Shown here: piece after piece, positions 38,325 to 52,399 of the stretch
Position numbering within the stretch: position 1 is the first letter of the stretch
Layout: the number at the start of each line of letters is the position of its first letter
Assembly: GCA_964016885.1 (NCBI GenBank)
Contig: OZ024740.1
Location: 301,382,001-301,446,000 of the forward strand
Reading direction: 5' to 3'
Source: Eledone cirrhosa
Lineage: Eukaryota
DNA length: 64,000 nucleotides
Made by a program: the position numbers and the translations under genes
The notes under the pieces: model-generated
The model's input: the letters and a program-made list of their open reading frames with translations, nothing else
Database searches by the model: none
What the model was told of the DNA's origin: nothing

Positions 38325-38774
38325 CTTACAACCAAAACTGAATACTAACCAATACTATTACTATTTTTCTCTGGGAACAATTTGTCAGCATTTTCTTTTC
38401 CTTTTACCAATATATCATAACTCGTGTGTTACACCTCTATTCATTTATATATATATATATATATTGGATACATATTAGATGTGTCTTTGCACTTATAAAC
38501 TCGCCTCTCACATGTGAGGAGATGTCGAAGAAGAGGGAAATCCGTCATTATGTTTATGCACCGGCCTGATCGCTAGAGAAACAATTATGTTATGCCAAAA
38601 TAATTAGTACGTATGCCACACCACTAACCTTCGTTCTACTTGCCCTATTTACATTCTGCTCACTAGTGCCGCCTTAACTCTGGAATATAACGCAACACAC
38701 CCAGGACCTCGAACCAGCAACGAATGCTTCTGTACACAGCTTAGTAACACACACTCCTACACGAACACGCACTT

Positions 38775-38994
<220 letters not shown>

Positions 38995-39739
38995 GTATAT
39001 ATATAATACTGGTTCTTGATTTGTATGAAACGAACACGATACAGTTTAACCGTATTTTCAGTTTTCGGGAAAAATATGCTTTATATAATATTATAGAAAA
39101 CGGATTCTGGAGAGTTCTTCCAATTCCTTTTCTTTCACAGTGTGATATGCCCGTCAGGCTAACTTCGGTTAAATTTATATGCATTTATTCAGATTAATAT
39201 CAATATCACCTCAGGATTTCTATGGGACGTTAACATGAAATGCAAAAGAGAAATGAATAAAAGATAATAGTATAATATTTTTGTTATATATTCTATTTAT
39301 TTATGGTGCATTTCTAACTTTTTTGATATGGCAAATGTAATAACATCTTATTAATTCTTTACTCCATTGCGCTTCATCCCCACAACTTTCAAAACCAGTA
39401 AAAGCACGCATAGCAGCAACTGTTACTTCAACTGACAAAATGTAGCCACTCTCAAAGCATTACATATAACAGATTATCACAACAACATCAACCATACCCC
39501 AAAAAGTATAAAAAAAGACAATGATATTCTTCGCACTTCTACCTTTTCATGAATATGTAATATTTCAACATTCCAATCCATAAAATTGATAATTCAACTG
39601 TCTCTTGTAAAACAATATCTAAAGATATTGTATCATACAAAAATCAAACATGTAAAAGATTAGAAGAATAACACTAACACTGCCTTCGACACCTCCAACA
39701 GCAACACCAACAGATCCACCAGCTACATAACACTACCAC

Positions 39740-41025
39740 CTTCACTAACACTTTCAATATTGCATATTCTCCACCTATATTATCACATAAGATAACTTCT
39801 TACTGGTCAATATAGTTGTTAGAATATAACTACCAAATCAGAGCCTACTAAGGGGTGTAATAACGAACTGTAGTCTCTATGACCTACTGGTAGGCAGTTT
39901 CTTACATTCTTCTCCTTGGACTCAACCTGGCACTCATCCCTGTTCTTGCTCCCGCTGTAACACCTGTCCGTTAATTTCTAGCATCACCACTCTTACAAGC
40001 ACTAACAGTTTTCTCTGTCTCCGTCACTCATTCAACTGCACATCTACACATGCAGTCTGTGCCCTACGGTGTTCCATAGATATAGCAGGTATATGCAGCC
40101 CATTGGCGGACCGTTTCGCTTTACACTTGACGGACAAACAACTCCGCCGCTTGTCACTTGTTCCCCATGTCACTTCTCTCTAAATGTTTAAGTCCTAGGA
40201 CTCCTTTTACACTGAAGATCGCAGGTCTCATGTACCCGGACAGAGCAGAGCCTGATCTTCCATTTTGGGTTCAGATTTCTTAATGGACTCACCTCCCATG
40301 CCCAATTCTTAAAATATATATATATCCCAACGCACATATGCACACGCTTAATCCTACAACGTTAGCCATCGTCAGCCTACCTCGTCTGCTGTAACACATG
40401 TTTGCTGACATTCACCCCCTAGGTTCTTATGACTCTGTTACGGTCAGAAACACACACAATTAGAACTTTGTACAAAACAAAAAAAACATACACAACTCTA
40501 CACTTACACTTACAGTTCTGAATGGATCAACAACTAACACACACTTCATCCTAAACCTTCATGCACATGTTCTGGAAGATTCTCACAAAAAAAATAAATA
40601 CACACACACACATACACATACAACCACAACCACACACCCACCCCCACACACATACATATATATATTCTCTTAGATACGTGAATAAAACAACCAAGAAAGC
40701 ACACGCACACGCCCTATATCAAGAGCGATTTTTTTTCCTTTGAAAGACAGGCGCCTTCGATATTCCCTTTTAAAATACGATCAACAGATTTCCACGTGAC
40801 AGCGACCTAAATTGATATGTGTTTCCTCTAAATATTTTCCGTTCCTCCCACTGCCAACTCTCTTCTAAATCCCAAGAACTTCTTAATTTCTTATTCTATT
40901 TTCTGATGAAGGGCTAGCTTTTAAAACGTTGTGTGTCTTTTCCAACTATATCAAGCGTATAACTAATACACTTGGTCTCTCCACTGACTCATTTGCGTAG
41001 TTATTTGTGTTTGCCTTTTGATATA
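39740..41025 (+). mobile_element. Decayed Neptune-like PLE 3' portion
   Basis: 39920-40290 aligns with 6430-6830 (GIY-YIG region); ctgatgaagggctagc pLTR remnant at 40903. Confidence 0.7.
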
Positions 41026-41107
41026 ATTTATCGATTTATCGATTTCACCTCATTGAGTGTTTTGTGCCATCCCTATATGATTGATTTCGAAAAAGGATAA
41101 TATTACT

Positions 41108-41194
<87 letters not shown>

Positions 41195-41201
41195 GTTAAA
41201 A

Positions 41202-41417
41202 AATTAAGTTAAAAATGTACATCCACATATGTATACTGAAATACTAGTATGCATATGAATACACACACGCTTGTCTGTGTGTTTACATACAGAATAGCTG
41301 GACACTCACAGTAAAGTGACCAGTGAAAAACTCGGTACATCTACATGAGTATGTGTGTATTCATATGCATACTAGTATTTCAGTATACATATGTGGATGT
41401 ACATTTTTAACTTAATT
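41202..41417. repeat. Inverted repeat (~66-bp arms, ~82-bp spacer) between TA tracts
   Basis: aattaagttaaaaatgtacatccacatatg... versus ...catatgtggatgtacatttttaacttaatt. Confidence 0.85.
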
Positions 41418-41483
41418 GTTTAAGCGTCAATCATACAAAAGTGAGTTACAAACGAAACGAAATTTAATTTCGTATCCGTTATT

Positions 41484-41957
<474 letters not shown>

Positions 41958-41979
41958 ATATATATATGTGTGTGCGTGC

Positions 41980-42010
<31 letters not shown>

Positions 42011-42017
<7 letters not shown>

Positions 42018-42470
42018 GTGAGGTTTTTTTTACAAAAAGAAAAATAACCGAGGTGTCCTACACGAGTGAAAGTATAAAGAAAAAGAGATGAAATCGAAAA
42101 TGCATTTTTTTTTATTTTTTTTAAATTTTTTTTTCATATATGAAAAAACAACCTGTGACAAGCCCCCCCTCTCTTATTTGAAGAACTATTGTAACGGGAA
42201 CTGGCGCGAAATTTATTATAATTATTGACAAACCAATCAAATTACTTCTCGAAAAACCTGGCTTTTCGAGCCACTTTTTCCATATAAAACAAGTAACATT
42301 CAGAGACCAACCAGATGTGAGAAAAACCACAGACCCTCCATCTCAACTCACCTTTTGAAAAGCAGAAGAACTGCGAAACCGGTAAAGGAACCAAATAAAT
42401 ATATATATTTTAAGAAAAAAAAAAAAAAAAAAAAAAGACTCCAGTTGCATTTACGATTTCATCTCTTTTT

Positions 42471-42475
<5 letters not shown>
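42011..42475. mobile_element. Family E fold-back pLTR insertion
   Basis: Minus-sense arm 42011-42105 plus plus-sense arm about 42133-42475, homologous to 4232-4989; TA flanks. Confidence 0.8.
42351..42388 (+). ncRNA. Hammerhead ribozyme variant with compensated U3-A8 core
   Basis: CCTT-TTGAAAA-GCAG-AAGAA-CTGC-GAAA-CCGG-TA-AAGG: perfect stems I and II, palindromic CCGG in stem III, GUA site. Confidence 0.7.
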
Positions 42476-42518
<43 letters not shown>

Positions 42519-43617
42519 TTGTATATATATATATATATATGCGGAATATAGCCATTTAAACTAATTCTCTTTTCTTTTCATTATTCTTGTCATTCGAAAA
42601 TCTACTTTGATAAATGCTGTAACTCGAAACATCACATATTTCCTCACGTTTTACTTGCTGAAAACAGTTTCACCGTATGTACGCTTTTCTATTATTTCAT
42701 TTTATATATATTTTATGAAACATGTTTCATCGTATTTCTCATATCTTCACTTCTTTATACTTAGTATTAAAATCTCACATCTTGATTGTTCCCTTGTTTT
42801 TGTTGTGTCATTTTACTAACCCCACCACAAACACCTTAATGAGTTTGAACTACATGTGCTCCCTTGTCAAGACTTGGCGTTTCATATTCGTTAGCACGCC
42901 ATATTTATTGAAGTTCTTGAGAATATCGTCGACGCGGCCGGCTTTCTGTCACAACTAAATCCTATTGACCTGGAGATAGATGCATCATACATACATACTT
43001 TCCAAGGGGCTGTATTCAGTTGGACGGTCTATGACGCCACATAATATGATATTTTCCTCCTGACTCAGTCATTAACCAGGATGCCACTTCCCGCAAATCA
43101 AAGGTTGCACAATTGAATAAATCCAAGGTATTAACTGAGTGTTACATTTTGAGCCAGTCACCATTTACATATTTTGGACTTGTTCCACTGACATCCATTT
43201 CCCTTCACCTACTTAGTGAAGTTGATGGCATCAAGCTTTCTTCTGATGTTTAATACTGCAGGAATCGCAGGCTATTCCCCTTGACAAAGATGTTGTTATA
43301 TTTTCAGTGGGGTGCAGTTGATGTATGCAGTTCACCAAACGGTACACATTTTGCCATTTAACTATTCACTGATATGTTTTTGTTTTCATTCGTTTCTGTT
43401 TGTTCTGTGTCTTTTGTCATTTTGTACAGTAAATAAAACTGACTGGGAGCGAATGTGAGAGATTGCAATAGCAATAAATTCTTGCAATGAATTATTAATC
43501 TGCTAATATATTTATTCGATTAAGTTACATATATTTACCGTTATAAATTACATTTCCAATTTGTATTCGTCATAGGTCACTATCACTCAATTCTCACAGA
43601 AATATGTACATACACGC

Positions 43618-43648
<31 letters not shown>

Positions 43649-43845
43649 TGTATATATATGTATTATATATAAACGTACACACATACATGCACACACCTAA
43701 AAACGTATATATATATATATATACACACATATACGCCTATAATTTATTTTACTATAAAACGAAAAGCAAAGAAATAAATTGAGTGAAAGATCTGTGAAAA
43801 TAGTTACGGGATAGTAGCTTTATAAATAGATAGATATAGAGATAT

Positions 43846-43846
43846 A

Positions 43847-43922
<76 letters not shown>
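43846..43922. repeat. (TAG)n microsatellite
   Basis: About 25 tandem TAG units. Confidence 0.95.
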
Positions 43923-44569
43923 CTACGGATAAACTGATGCCCATGAAATGAAATGGAAGTGATAAGCAACGCCAAATAACCTCAAAAGTATCAGAAAATA
44001 AAAGGATAGAAAGCCAGACACAAAGACCCACTATGAAACAGCGATTCACAAAGGTTAATAGGGAGACAGAAAGCTGTTATCGGCTAGATAGAGCGAAGAA
44101 AGAATTTATGCGACTCCCGAAAAAGCAAGATATCGTTGATAGGTGATTCAGTTATATATTTGACCTCATAAAATTTTATAATAGCTTTAATATTTCCGAT
44201 ATTTAACTACCGAATCGATTAGGAAAAGAAAAATGTCCACATTTTAATTGATTGATTTTCAATTTGTTACGTTTTCAAGATCAAAGCTGATTAGTTAAAT
44301 CGTTCTGGATCAAAAACAATGCACTTAGCTTTTAATAATTGCCAGACCAATAATTTTGCTTGAAAAATAGCCCAGATTTCTTCAGCAATAACATTAGGGT
44401 TAAATTGCTTTTGTTCACCAATTTGCCGAATAGTTTCATTCAATGTAATGAAACAATCACTAGAACATGGAAGTTGATTGTAATTATAAATTACCCGAAA
44501 TAACACGTACTCTATAGGTTTTAATATTTACGCAATGTTTTATATTTTTTACTCATATTATATTTATTT

Positions 44570-44841
44570 TACGGGGTCGATAAAATAAAGTACCAGTAGT
44601 GTACAGGGTAATTGCAGGCATTGTGCCAAAAGTAGAAACAATTATATTTATTTTAGTGTATCGGTAGAGAGATGGACGCCATGCTTTCTAGCATAGTTAA
44701 GTCTCTTTACGGTCTGAAATCAAATCCCGTCGAGGTTAACTTTGCCTTTCATCCTTATGGGGTCGATAAAATAAAGTACCAGTAATGGGTACTTGCTGGC
44801 ATTGTGCCAAATATAGAAACAATTATATTTATTTTAGTGTA
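44570..44841 (+). mobile_element. Nin-domain SINE with duplicated 3' part
   Basis: ggggtcgataaaataaagtaccagta...gaaacaattat-ttttagtgtat occurs at 44573-44661 and 44759-44841. Confidence 0.75.
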
Positions 44842-45379
44842 TAAAGTGACGAAATGGTTTATGTTCTATATCTATATATACTTCGACATCATTATTTTGG
44901 ATTTATTTTATCTCCTCGTCAGAACTGTTCTACGTGTTATAGAACGGGTAGCGCCTCCTGATAGGGCCAAATAAGTTGGTTAGATGCGATACACGTGGGC
45001 TCGGACCGGACGAATAAGCAACATCGCTAAACTAGTAGAGGAAACAGAGTAATGGGTGACACGGTTAGCTCCCAAGATACCTGTCACTGGCGAAGGCCGC
45101 CACTATAATACCAATTCGGTAACTAACTTGAATGAGATCATACAAATATGCAAACAGGCGGGAAAGTGTAAATGCATTTATACCACACCGTCCTTCTCGC
45201 AGTTTAACAAGGAATGCGTTATGGCCTTAGATTGAGAGACCTTTTCGATTATTATATTGCAGTCTCCATCCAATGCTGCAATAAATGTTGATGGGCCTGC
45301 GACCTACCGAAGGAGAAATGAGATAGATCCCAAAGTTGACGTATGCCGAAACCTCAATGGAAGCCAAAAGAAAGTAAAA

Positions 45380-46160
45380 ATCGACAATTGAGATCTGCGG
45401 CTTTACAACTCTTGCAGGCTAGCAACAGCAACCGAGGTAGAAGGCCAGATGAGATTTACTGGCTAGATATAATCCGTGTTTCCTCAGCAGAGATCCGTGA
45501 CTCTGGTAATATAAATTGGGATGGAAGATGAAAACTTCACTATTCAGTTGTGGAGCTTGATAATACTGTATTGTCAGTCTTTTCTGGCTCCACATGCACT
45601 TGAAATGTTGGCTCAATGACAGGTCTCTGTGATTGGTGTATGCTTATAAATTAAACAATCAGTCTGTTTTGATGATATCACTTGAAGTTCCTTACTTGAT
45701 GATGTCGATGCAACACGTTACGTAGTTAAGTATAGAATGCTATGCACATATTAGCAACGATTACATTCCATGGAAATCATTGATTCACAGCAATAGTAAT
45801 CCCAATCTAAATACGCAATAGTTGGGCCTTATTAAACCTCTGCTCTAATAATGTGTTCTCTATTCGTACAACTTCTTTCAGCCGGAAGACTTCCATAACT
45901 AAGCATGTTATGAGGGGAATCAGGGACAGGATAGAAGCGCTGGGTAGATTTTAAGGGCAAAACCTATCGGTAGTAGACTGAGGTGGTAGTCACCGAGTAG
46001 GCTGACTGGATAAAATCCATGATCTCAGCTGTTTCGCTTGGGGATCTAATCGGATCAATTGGAAATGTTTGTTTCTGACAGAACGCTATTGAAGCCGTAC
46101 TTGATATGGTCACTGCCCTCACGATTCCGCCAGGAATAAGTGGGTCATGAAGAAGACCGT
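45380..46160 (+). mobile_element. Decayed, internally deleted RTE-type LINE
   Basis: YWLDIIRVSS...DSGNINWDGRxKLHYS resembles the start of an RTE AP-endonuclease; DKIHDLSCF..GI near 46005-46045 resembles the RTE C-terminus. Confidence 0.5.
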
Positions 46161-48029
46161 TGTATTCGCGGAAGTATTTTGATACTAGGGCTAAAATACA
46201 TGTTTTAATAACTATCAAAATTACCTGAGAAGTAAATAGTGAGATAGATTATTCTAATGTAAGCTATTCGTGAATACAATTTTGTCTTCATTTTCCTTAA
46301 AGATTATTTTTACAGACTATGATAAAACTAGAAAAGTATGACTGTTGGAGGTTATCTATACTGTGTAGATCATCATATTGCTTCCCAGCGAGCCGAACAT
46401 TTAGCTCTTTGGCAAATTACATAGTCATTTGTGAATGTCTCTAATAGCGTAAAAACGGAGCAAACTGCTAGACGTAAATTATTCCTGATATATAATGCAC
46501 AAGAATGCCCTTTTTTTAAACAGTAGAACGAAAACATTCTATAATATCTATGTGCAAAGGTTTCATAATCGTAGACAATTAACTTAATTCTGACAAGAAT
46601 ATTTGCACAACATTCGAGTAATTCTGAAGAAAGGTGTTTCCGTATCTTACATTATAGTGTTCCATATATATTATTAAATTTTCCATTAACATTTTTCCGA
46701 ATCGTGAACATAAAAAATAAAAATATATCATGATGTTTGTTTGTTGGTTTTTTATGTGTATTCCAATCAAACTTATTAAAATATCTGAAGAAAATCATGA
46801 ATCTATGAAGATAATTAAGTTAGCTATCGAAAATCGAGTGAATGCCATACAAATAACAAATATATCATTAACATAATTTTATATTAAAAGACGCATTAGA
46901 TATTTCAGTCTGAAGAGACAAATTAGCTTTAAGCTGAAGAATTAAATGAGAATATTCGGAGAATGAAAACAATTATCATTTTCATTATCATATTTCCTAA
47001 ATTTATGGTGGCGACAATTTATGAGTTAATGAATCTAGTATGGCAATCGGTAATATTTATCCTGTTTCCTACGATACTCGACAATTGTTTGTGTCTGATT
47101 CGTCACTATCTCTCACTAGATCTAGCATATATTTGTGAATAAAACATTAAAATTTGGATCTGCGTATTTTTAGTTATGGGGGAAATACACGATTGATTAT
47201 TTTCTTCGTTATCATAAATTTGATTAGCCTTAAAAATCTGATATCTAATTTGCCATCTAAACTTTTTCGGATATCATTCATTCTGATTCTGCTCTCCAAA
47301 CGCTTGCCGTCCATGTTCCCCAGTCATTTGTTTTCAAAAACAATATGTTTCTGTATGCCTTCCTATCTCAGATTCCAGGTTTCGCGGGCATAGATTGCTA
47401 TAAAGATGATACTACCACAAATCAGCCTGGTTTTAATATAGCTGTGAATATATATTCTGTTCCATATTTTTCTCTTAACCATATGAAAGTTACCAAAGTT
47501 AATGCATTTTCTCTCATCATCAGATGTTGATGGCACAAATGAACCCAGAAAGCAAATCTTCCAATATCCTCTACTATTTCCCAATTTATCGGAATTAATC
47601 AATATAACCCGTCATTAATTTATATGTACTTGAGTTTCCCTTCAGTCTCAATTAATTGCAGGTAGATATTTTCAGTTTAGATAACATTTGTCAAGACTCG
47701 GGTTTGATTGTAACTTAGCAAGGCCATGTATGAAACATCCTAAGAACCTGATGAATAATATTGATGATAAAAATCGTCCTTGCCAGGCACCTAGGACAAA
47801 TCGAAATGATTTTGTTAGAATTCTCCCTAAGAAAATGTACATTCCGAACTGTCATCAGTATAATCCAATATTTTCAAAATTCCTTCACTGAAACCAATAG
47901 CTTTCAAACTTTTCCCAAGGATATTTCGACAGAACGTGTCAAAATTGCTAAAATGAAAATGTAATGGTACGAAAATTGGCTGAAATGTTGATTGAGTGCC
48001 CAAGATACTCTTATGTAATATTAACAAAT

Positions 48030-48604
48030 GAAGTTCACTTTTTTAACGTAGTTCATCTTGCGGTCCGCACAATTCTTCAATCCGAGTTGCAGTGCTTGGA
48101 TACCTTTCGTGAAGAAGCAATCATCTTGTGGGTAAAAGAAAGTCATCAAAAGCAGATATGACTTCATTATCACTGCGACACTTGCTCCCAGCGAAGAATT
48201 CTTTCATGTTAGGGAACAGATAATAGTAAAATAGGCTAAATCAGCAGAACAGTGAGACTGATCAACCAGATCAAACCTACTGTCTCTCACAGCACCCACT
48301 GAAACTAAAAGTGTGTGTACTGTAGCATTGTCCCCATGAATCAAGACGTCTTTTGACAAATTTAGTTGGTGTTTAAACTTGATAGCCTTTCGAAACTACC
48401 TCAGCAATTTATCGTAGTAACTTCCATTGTTGATGTAGCACTTTTGAAGATAATCAATAAACACAGTGCATTTTTCATCCCTCAAAACTGCGGTCATCAC
48501 CTTTCCTGTAGATGAAACGAATTCGGCATTCTTTGGAGTAGGTGAGGAGGGTTGTTTCCATCGAGTGTCCTTTTGACTCTGGTTCAATGTGAGGAACCCA
48601 ACAC
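48030..48604 (-). mobile_element. Mariner transposase remnant (C-terminal DDD domain)
   Basis: EPESK..., WKQPSSPTPK...SSTGKVMTAV...VFIDYLQK...YYDKLLR, GDNA, SPxLA...LFPNMKE, KGIQAL...CADRKMNYV; frameshifted. Confidence 0.8.
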
Positions 48605-48967
48605 TCAAATAAACCAACTGGATTTGCCTTATATAATGACAAAAGCTCCGATGAGGTGATCAACTGGGGCGCTGTTGATCAAGTGTCGGGGGAAGAAGCA
48701 CTCATCGATCATAAATCAATATTCTCTCTCATTATATGTATTCATTTCCAACCCTCACTTAAAATGTACACAATATCTACATCAAGTTTATGTAGATATT
48801 GTGTACATTTTAAGTGAGGGTTGGAAATGAATACAGATAATGAGAGAGAATATTGATTTATGATCGATGCGTGCTTCTTCCCCCGACACTTGATCAACAG
48901 CGCCCCAGTTGATCACCTCATCGGAGCTTTTGTCATTATATAAGGCAAATCCAGTTGGTTTATTTGA
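48605..48967. repeat. Near-perfect inverted repeat (178-bp arms, 7-bp spacer)
   Basis: 48605-48782 versus 48790-48967, about 2 mismatches by eye. Confidence 0.9.
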
Positions 48968-49492
48968 TCCAGTTGGTTAAACTTGATCCCTACTAATGAT
49001 ATGACCCTCATACATATACTGATAAATGACCAACATATTCCAGTATCATAACATAGTCTGTGTAATGTACACTATATTTGCATTAGTAGGAGTAGAATAA
49101 TAAAAAAAAGAAATATTTCTAACAATAATGTATATCTTAAGATAATGAACACATTTTATCAAAACAAAATCCACACGCATGTTTACACACAAACAGACGA
49201 CAGATATAATATATGGAAGATGATGGTGTTAACAAGACGAATTAGGAAATGAGATGTAAATGGCTAGATTATATTAGTGACGAATAAAACAATTATTACA
49301 AAGATAGTGGGAAAATAAATAACTGAAGAAGGCGAGAGAACGATATAAAATTACATTTTCCAAGTACATCGTTAATGCACTTGGGTGGGTGATCTTGCCA
49401 ATATAGAAAACATGGTGATCATTATACAAGAGCAAATGGCATAGAGCTCTGTCTGCCTGTCTGTCTTCGACAACTATGCTCATCTTTTGAAT

Positions 49493-49531
<39 letters not shown>

Positions 49532-49566
49532 CAATCTATATATATATATATATATATAACAATCTA

Positions 49567-49633
<67 letters not shown>

Positions 49634-49972
49634 CAATATATAACAATACAATGAGCAGATTAGGCTGGAGTCGGATCTCTGGCATTTGCATAGACGTTGA
49701 ATCACCCTCTTTGAAAGTGTCGTAACTGTGTATATCAATGAAGATCTTAATATGCAACCTCGCTTTGTTTTTACCATATACATTCTGCCTCCTCATGATA
49801 AAGTGTATTATCACGTGTGTATAGGATGAGTCTGTCTACACTCTGGTGTGTGTATATGACATTTTGCTATTGTATCTACGTATGTGAGTATGTAGGTTTG
49901 TGTGTGTGTGTATATATTTTTTTTATTATTCACGGGTATGTATGTATGTTTGTAATGTCAGGCGTTTCCGTA

Positions 49973-50014
<42 letters not shown>

Positions 50015-51052
50015 TTACCGGGGGTGTGAAAGACAGGTTTAAGAGAGAGATTTAGAGAGAGAAACAGTGAGAGAGAACGATGCCTACAATGAAAGAGATA
50101 GAATTTCTTAATATTTTCGTGTAGCATCAATTAAATCCAAGGAATAATAATATGTATTATAGACGTGCGTTTGACTACATGGAATTTATTTTCGAAGGTG
50201 TTAATTCTCTAAGAATCGGTTTTAATGAAATTACTCTTTAGAATAGATGGTCTGAAAGAAAATTACACATTATAGAGAAAATGAACACTGTAGTTTCTAT
50301 TCATTATTACTTTTGTTGTTTTAATTGACCTTGTTACAGTGAGGAAAATATATAATTAAAGAGCAAAGAAGATGCGCAGTAATTGACAGTAATTTCTACT
50401 TCATCAAAAAGTGTTTCCTCATCATAATTATAGGCTGAGACCCTCAATAATGTATCAAATATTTGATAATTTCTTCCAATAGCTTATTAGATCCAGTTCT
50501 ATTATTATCTGTGAAATTAATGTTTAAAATAGACGAAGATCAACACCCATTAAACAAGCGTTGATTAGAAAATCCCTATAAATTTTGGATTATTAGTAGT
50601 GAATGGCATAGATTCAGAGTCTCTGGTCAGGAAATTACAATCAATATTTATCAGTTTACATGTCGAAAATTAAATTAAAATAACATTTTTACTGGAAGCT
50701 TCTACTTGCTTCAGCCGCATATATCCAGAATCCTGAAGAAAGGCATTGTTATTAAAAATGGCAGTTGATAAATTGAGTAAAGTTTTGATTCTTCTTGACA
50801 AAATCATTAACATAAGATATATATATATATATTATCTATTTATTTTCATTCACGGAATAAAATGCTGCACCAGGTTCAAATGCCCAATATTAACCACACC
50901 TCCAGAATACAAGATATCAAAATAGTGATCTATCTTCAAGCACGTTTATATATGTGATATCTCTTCTATTACAGAGGTGCGCTCAACATTAAATCTCAAA
51001 CACTTGGTAGCGCTTTTGTTCCGTGTATGTACATAAATATATATTATTTTTC

Positions 51053-51243
51053 TGGTGAATTGGCAGTATCGGTAGAGGGTCGGACACGATGCTTCGACGC
51101 ATAGAGTTACGGCCCTTGCCATTCTGAGGTCAAATCCTGTCGAGGTTAACTTTACCTTTCATCCTAACAGGGGTTGATAAAATAAAGTACCAGTAATACA
51201 CTGGGATAATTGCTGGCCTTGTGCCTATTGTAGAAACAATTAT
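51053..51243 (+). mobile_element. Nin-domain SINE, full length
   Basis: Colinear with 41767-41957. Confidence 0.85.
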
Positions 51244-51354
51244 GTTTCTGGTGTCTTCCTGATTCAGCTCTGATTTCCTGTTTCCCTTTTGCAGGTTCGG
51301 ATATTGGTACATATGCATACACACACACGCACACACGCACACACACACACACGC

Positions 51355-51397
<43 letters not shown>

Positions 51398-51414
51398 CGC
51401 ACACACGCACACAC

Positions 51415-51486
<72 letters not shown>

Positions 51487-51760
51487 TAAAACATGCCTAT
51501 AGAATCACCAGATAAAATATATACCGTTTCCTCTCCCAATTAGCATAATTAACCATATAAAAAATCTATTAGACCAAGTTATAATAATAAAGGCTCTTAT
51601 GAAGAAATCTCCGACAAATAGCCGAAAGCAGCCCTTCACGGCGGTTGCGACGGCGTATTTATCGAGTATTTCGACAGCGTGTATAAATCGACCAGATATA
51701 CAGTCAACTAAACAGAATTAGGTGTAAAATATACTAAAAGAAAAGTGAACATATTTAGTT

Positions 51761-51838
51761 ACCTTTACCATGGTTTCGTCCGCATTTTAAGATATCCAAT
51801 AACATTGGAAATCTAGAGTTTCGCACTCTTCAGGAGTT
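51761..51838 (-). ncRNA. Hammerhead ribozyme, inverted-arm copy
   Basis: Same motif as 52322-52399 with intact core; one mismatch in stem II and a weakened stem I. Confidence 0.7.
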
Positions 51839-52321
51839 AGCTCAAATTTAGACAATTAATTTTCCAAAGTGATCGCGTTATTTGTCGGAGATTTCTTCAT
51901 AAGAGCCTTTATTCTTATAGCTTGGTCTAATTGATTTTTTATATGGTTAATTATGCTAATTGGGAGAGAAAACGGTATATATTTTATCTGGTGATTATAT
52001 AGACATGTTTTATGATATATAGCTCTGATTATTTAATTTATTAATACTTCATTGAGCCACAAAGTGACCCGTTGCAAAACACATATATATCTATGACTTT
52101 ATATATATATATATGTAGATATTTATATGTAATAATCTCCCGTTAGGTTGAGAAACAATTTTGGCTGTATTGGGCTGCGCTTTCTAGCAAAAGGTCTACA
52201 AGCCATAAGCAAATAATCACATCCTTTCTAACTTGACCGCTGCCACCTTTCGATTCTTAGCCATTTTTGACTGTATTCTTGGCGCGATCACTTTGGAAAA
52301 TTAATTATCTAAATTTGAGCT

Positions 52322-52399
52322 AACTCCTGAAGAGTCCGAAACTCTAGATTTCCAATGTTATCGGATATCTTAAAATGCGGACGAAACCATGGTAGAGGT
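52322..52399 (+). ncRNA. Type I hammerhead ribozyme with extended stem II
   Basis: AACTC-CTGAAGA-GTCCG-[39-nt internal hairpin]-CGGAC-GAAA-CCATGG-TA-GAGGT; palindromic CCATGG; GUA site, predicted cleavage after 52394. Confidence 0.85.

Larger units (their letters stand above)
32987..38442 (+). mobile_element. Full-length, inactivated Neptune-like Penelope element with inverted and direct pLTRs
   Basis: 32987-33292 is an inverted copy of about 37778-38135; 33294-33616 is a direct copy of 38126-38442; 3' end runs into (TA)n. Confidence 0.9.

Noticed and set aside
41285-41345. Hammerhead in the spacer of the inverted repeat
   Set aside because: A stem and GAAA are present but the core reads CAGAATA and stem I cannot be formed.
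46300-47650. Old PLE RT remnant on minus strand
   Set aside because: Scattered weak motif echoes only; needs a translated HMM search.
48640-48705. Hammerhead in the 363-bp fold-back (CCGATGA + hairpin)
   Set aside because: U4 is changed and no GAAA box follows the stem.
49380-49800. GIY-YIG fragments (VFYIGK; ILRSSLI) split by a TA tract
   Set aside because: Resemblance is limited to a few residues; not supportable.
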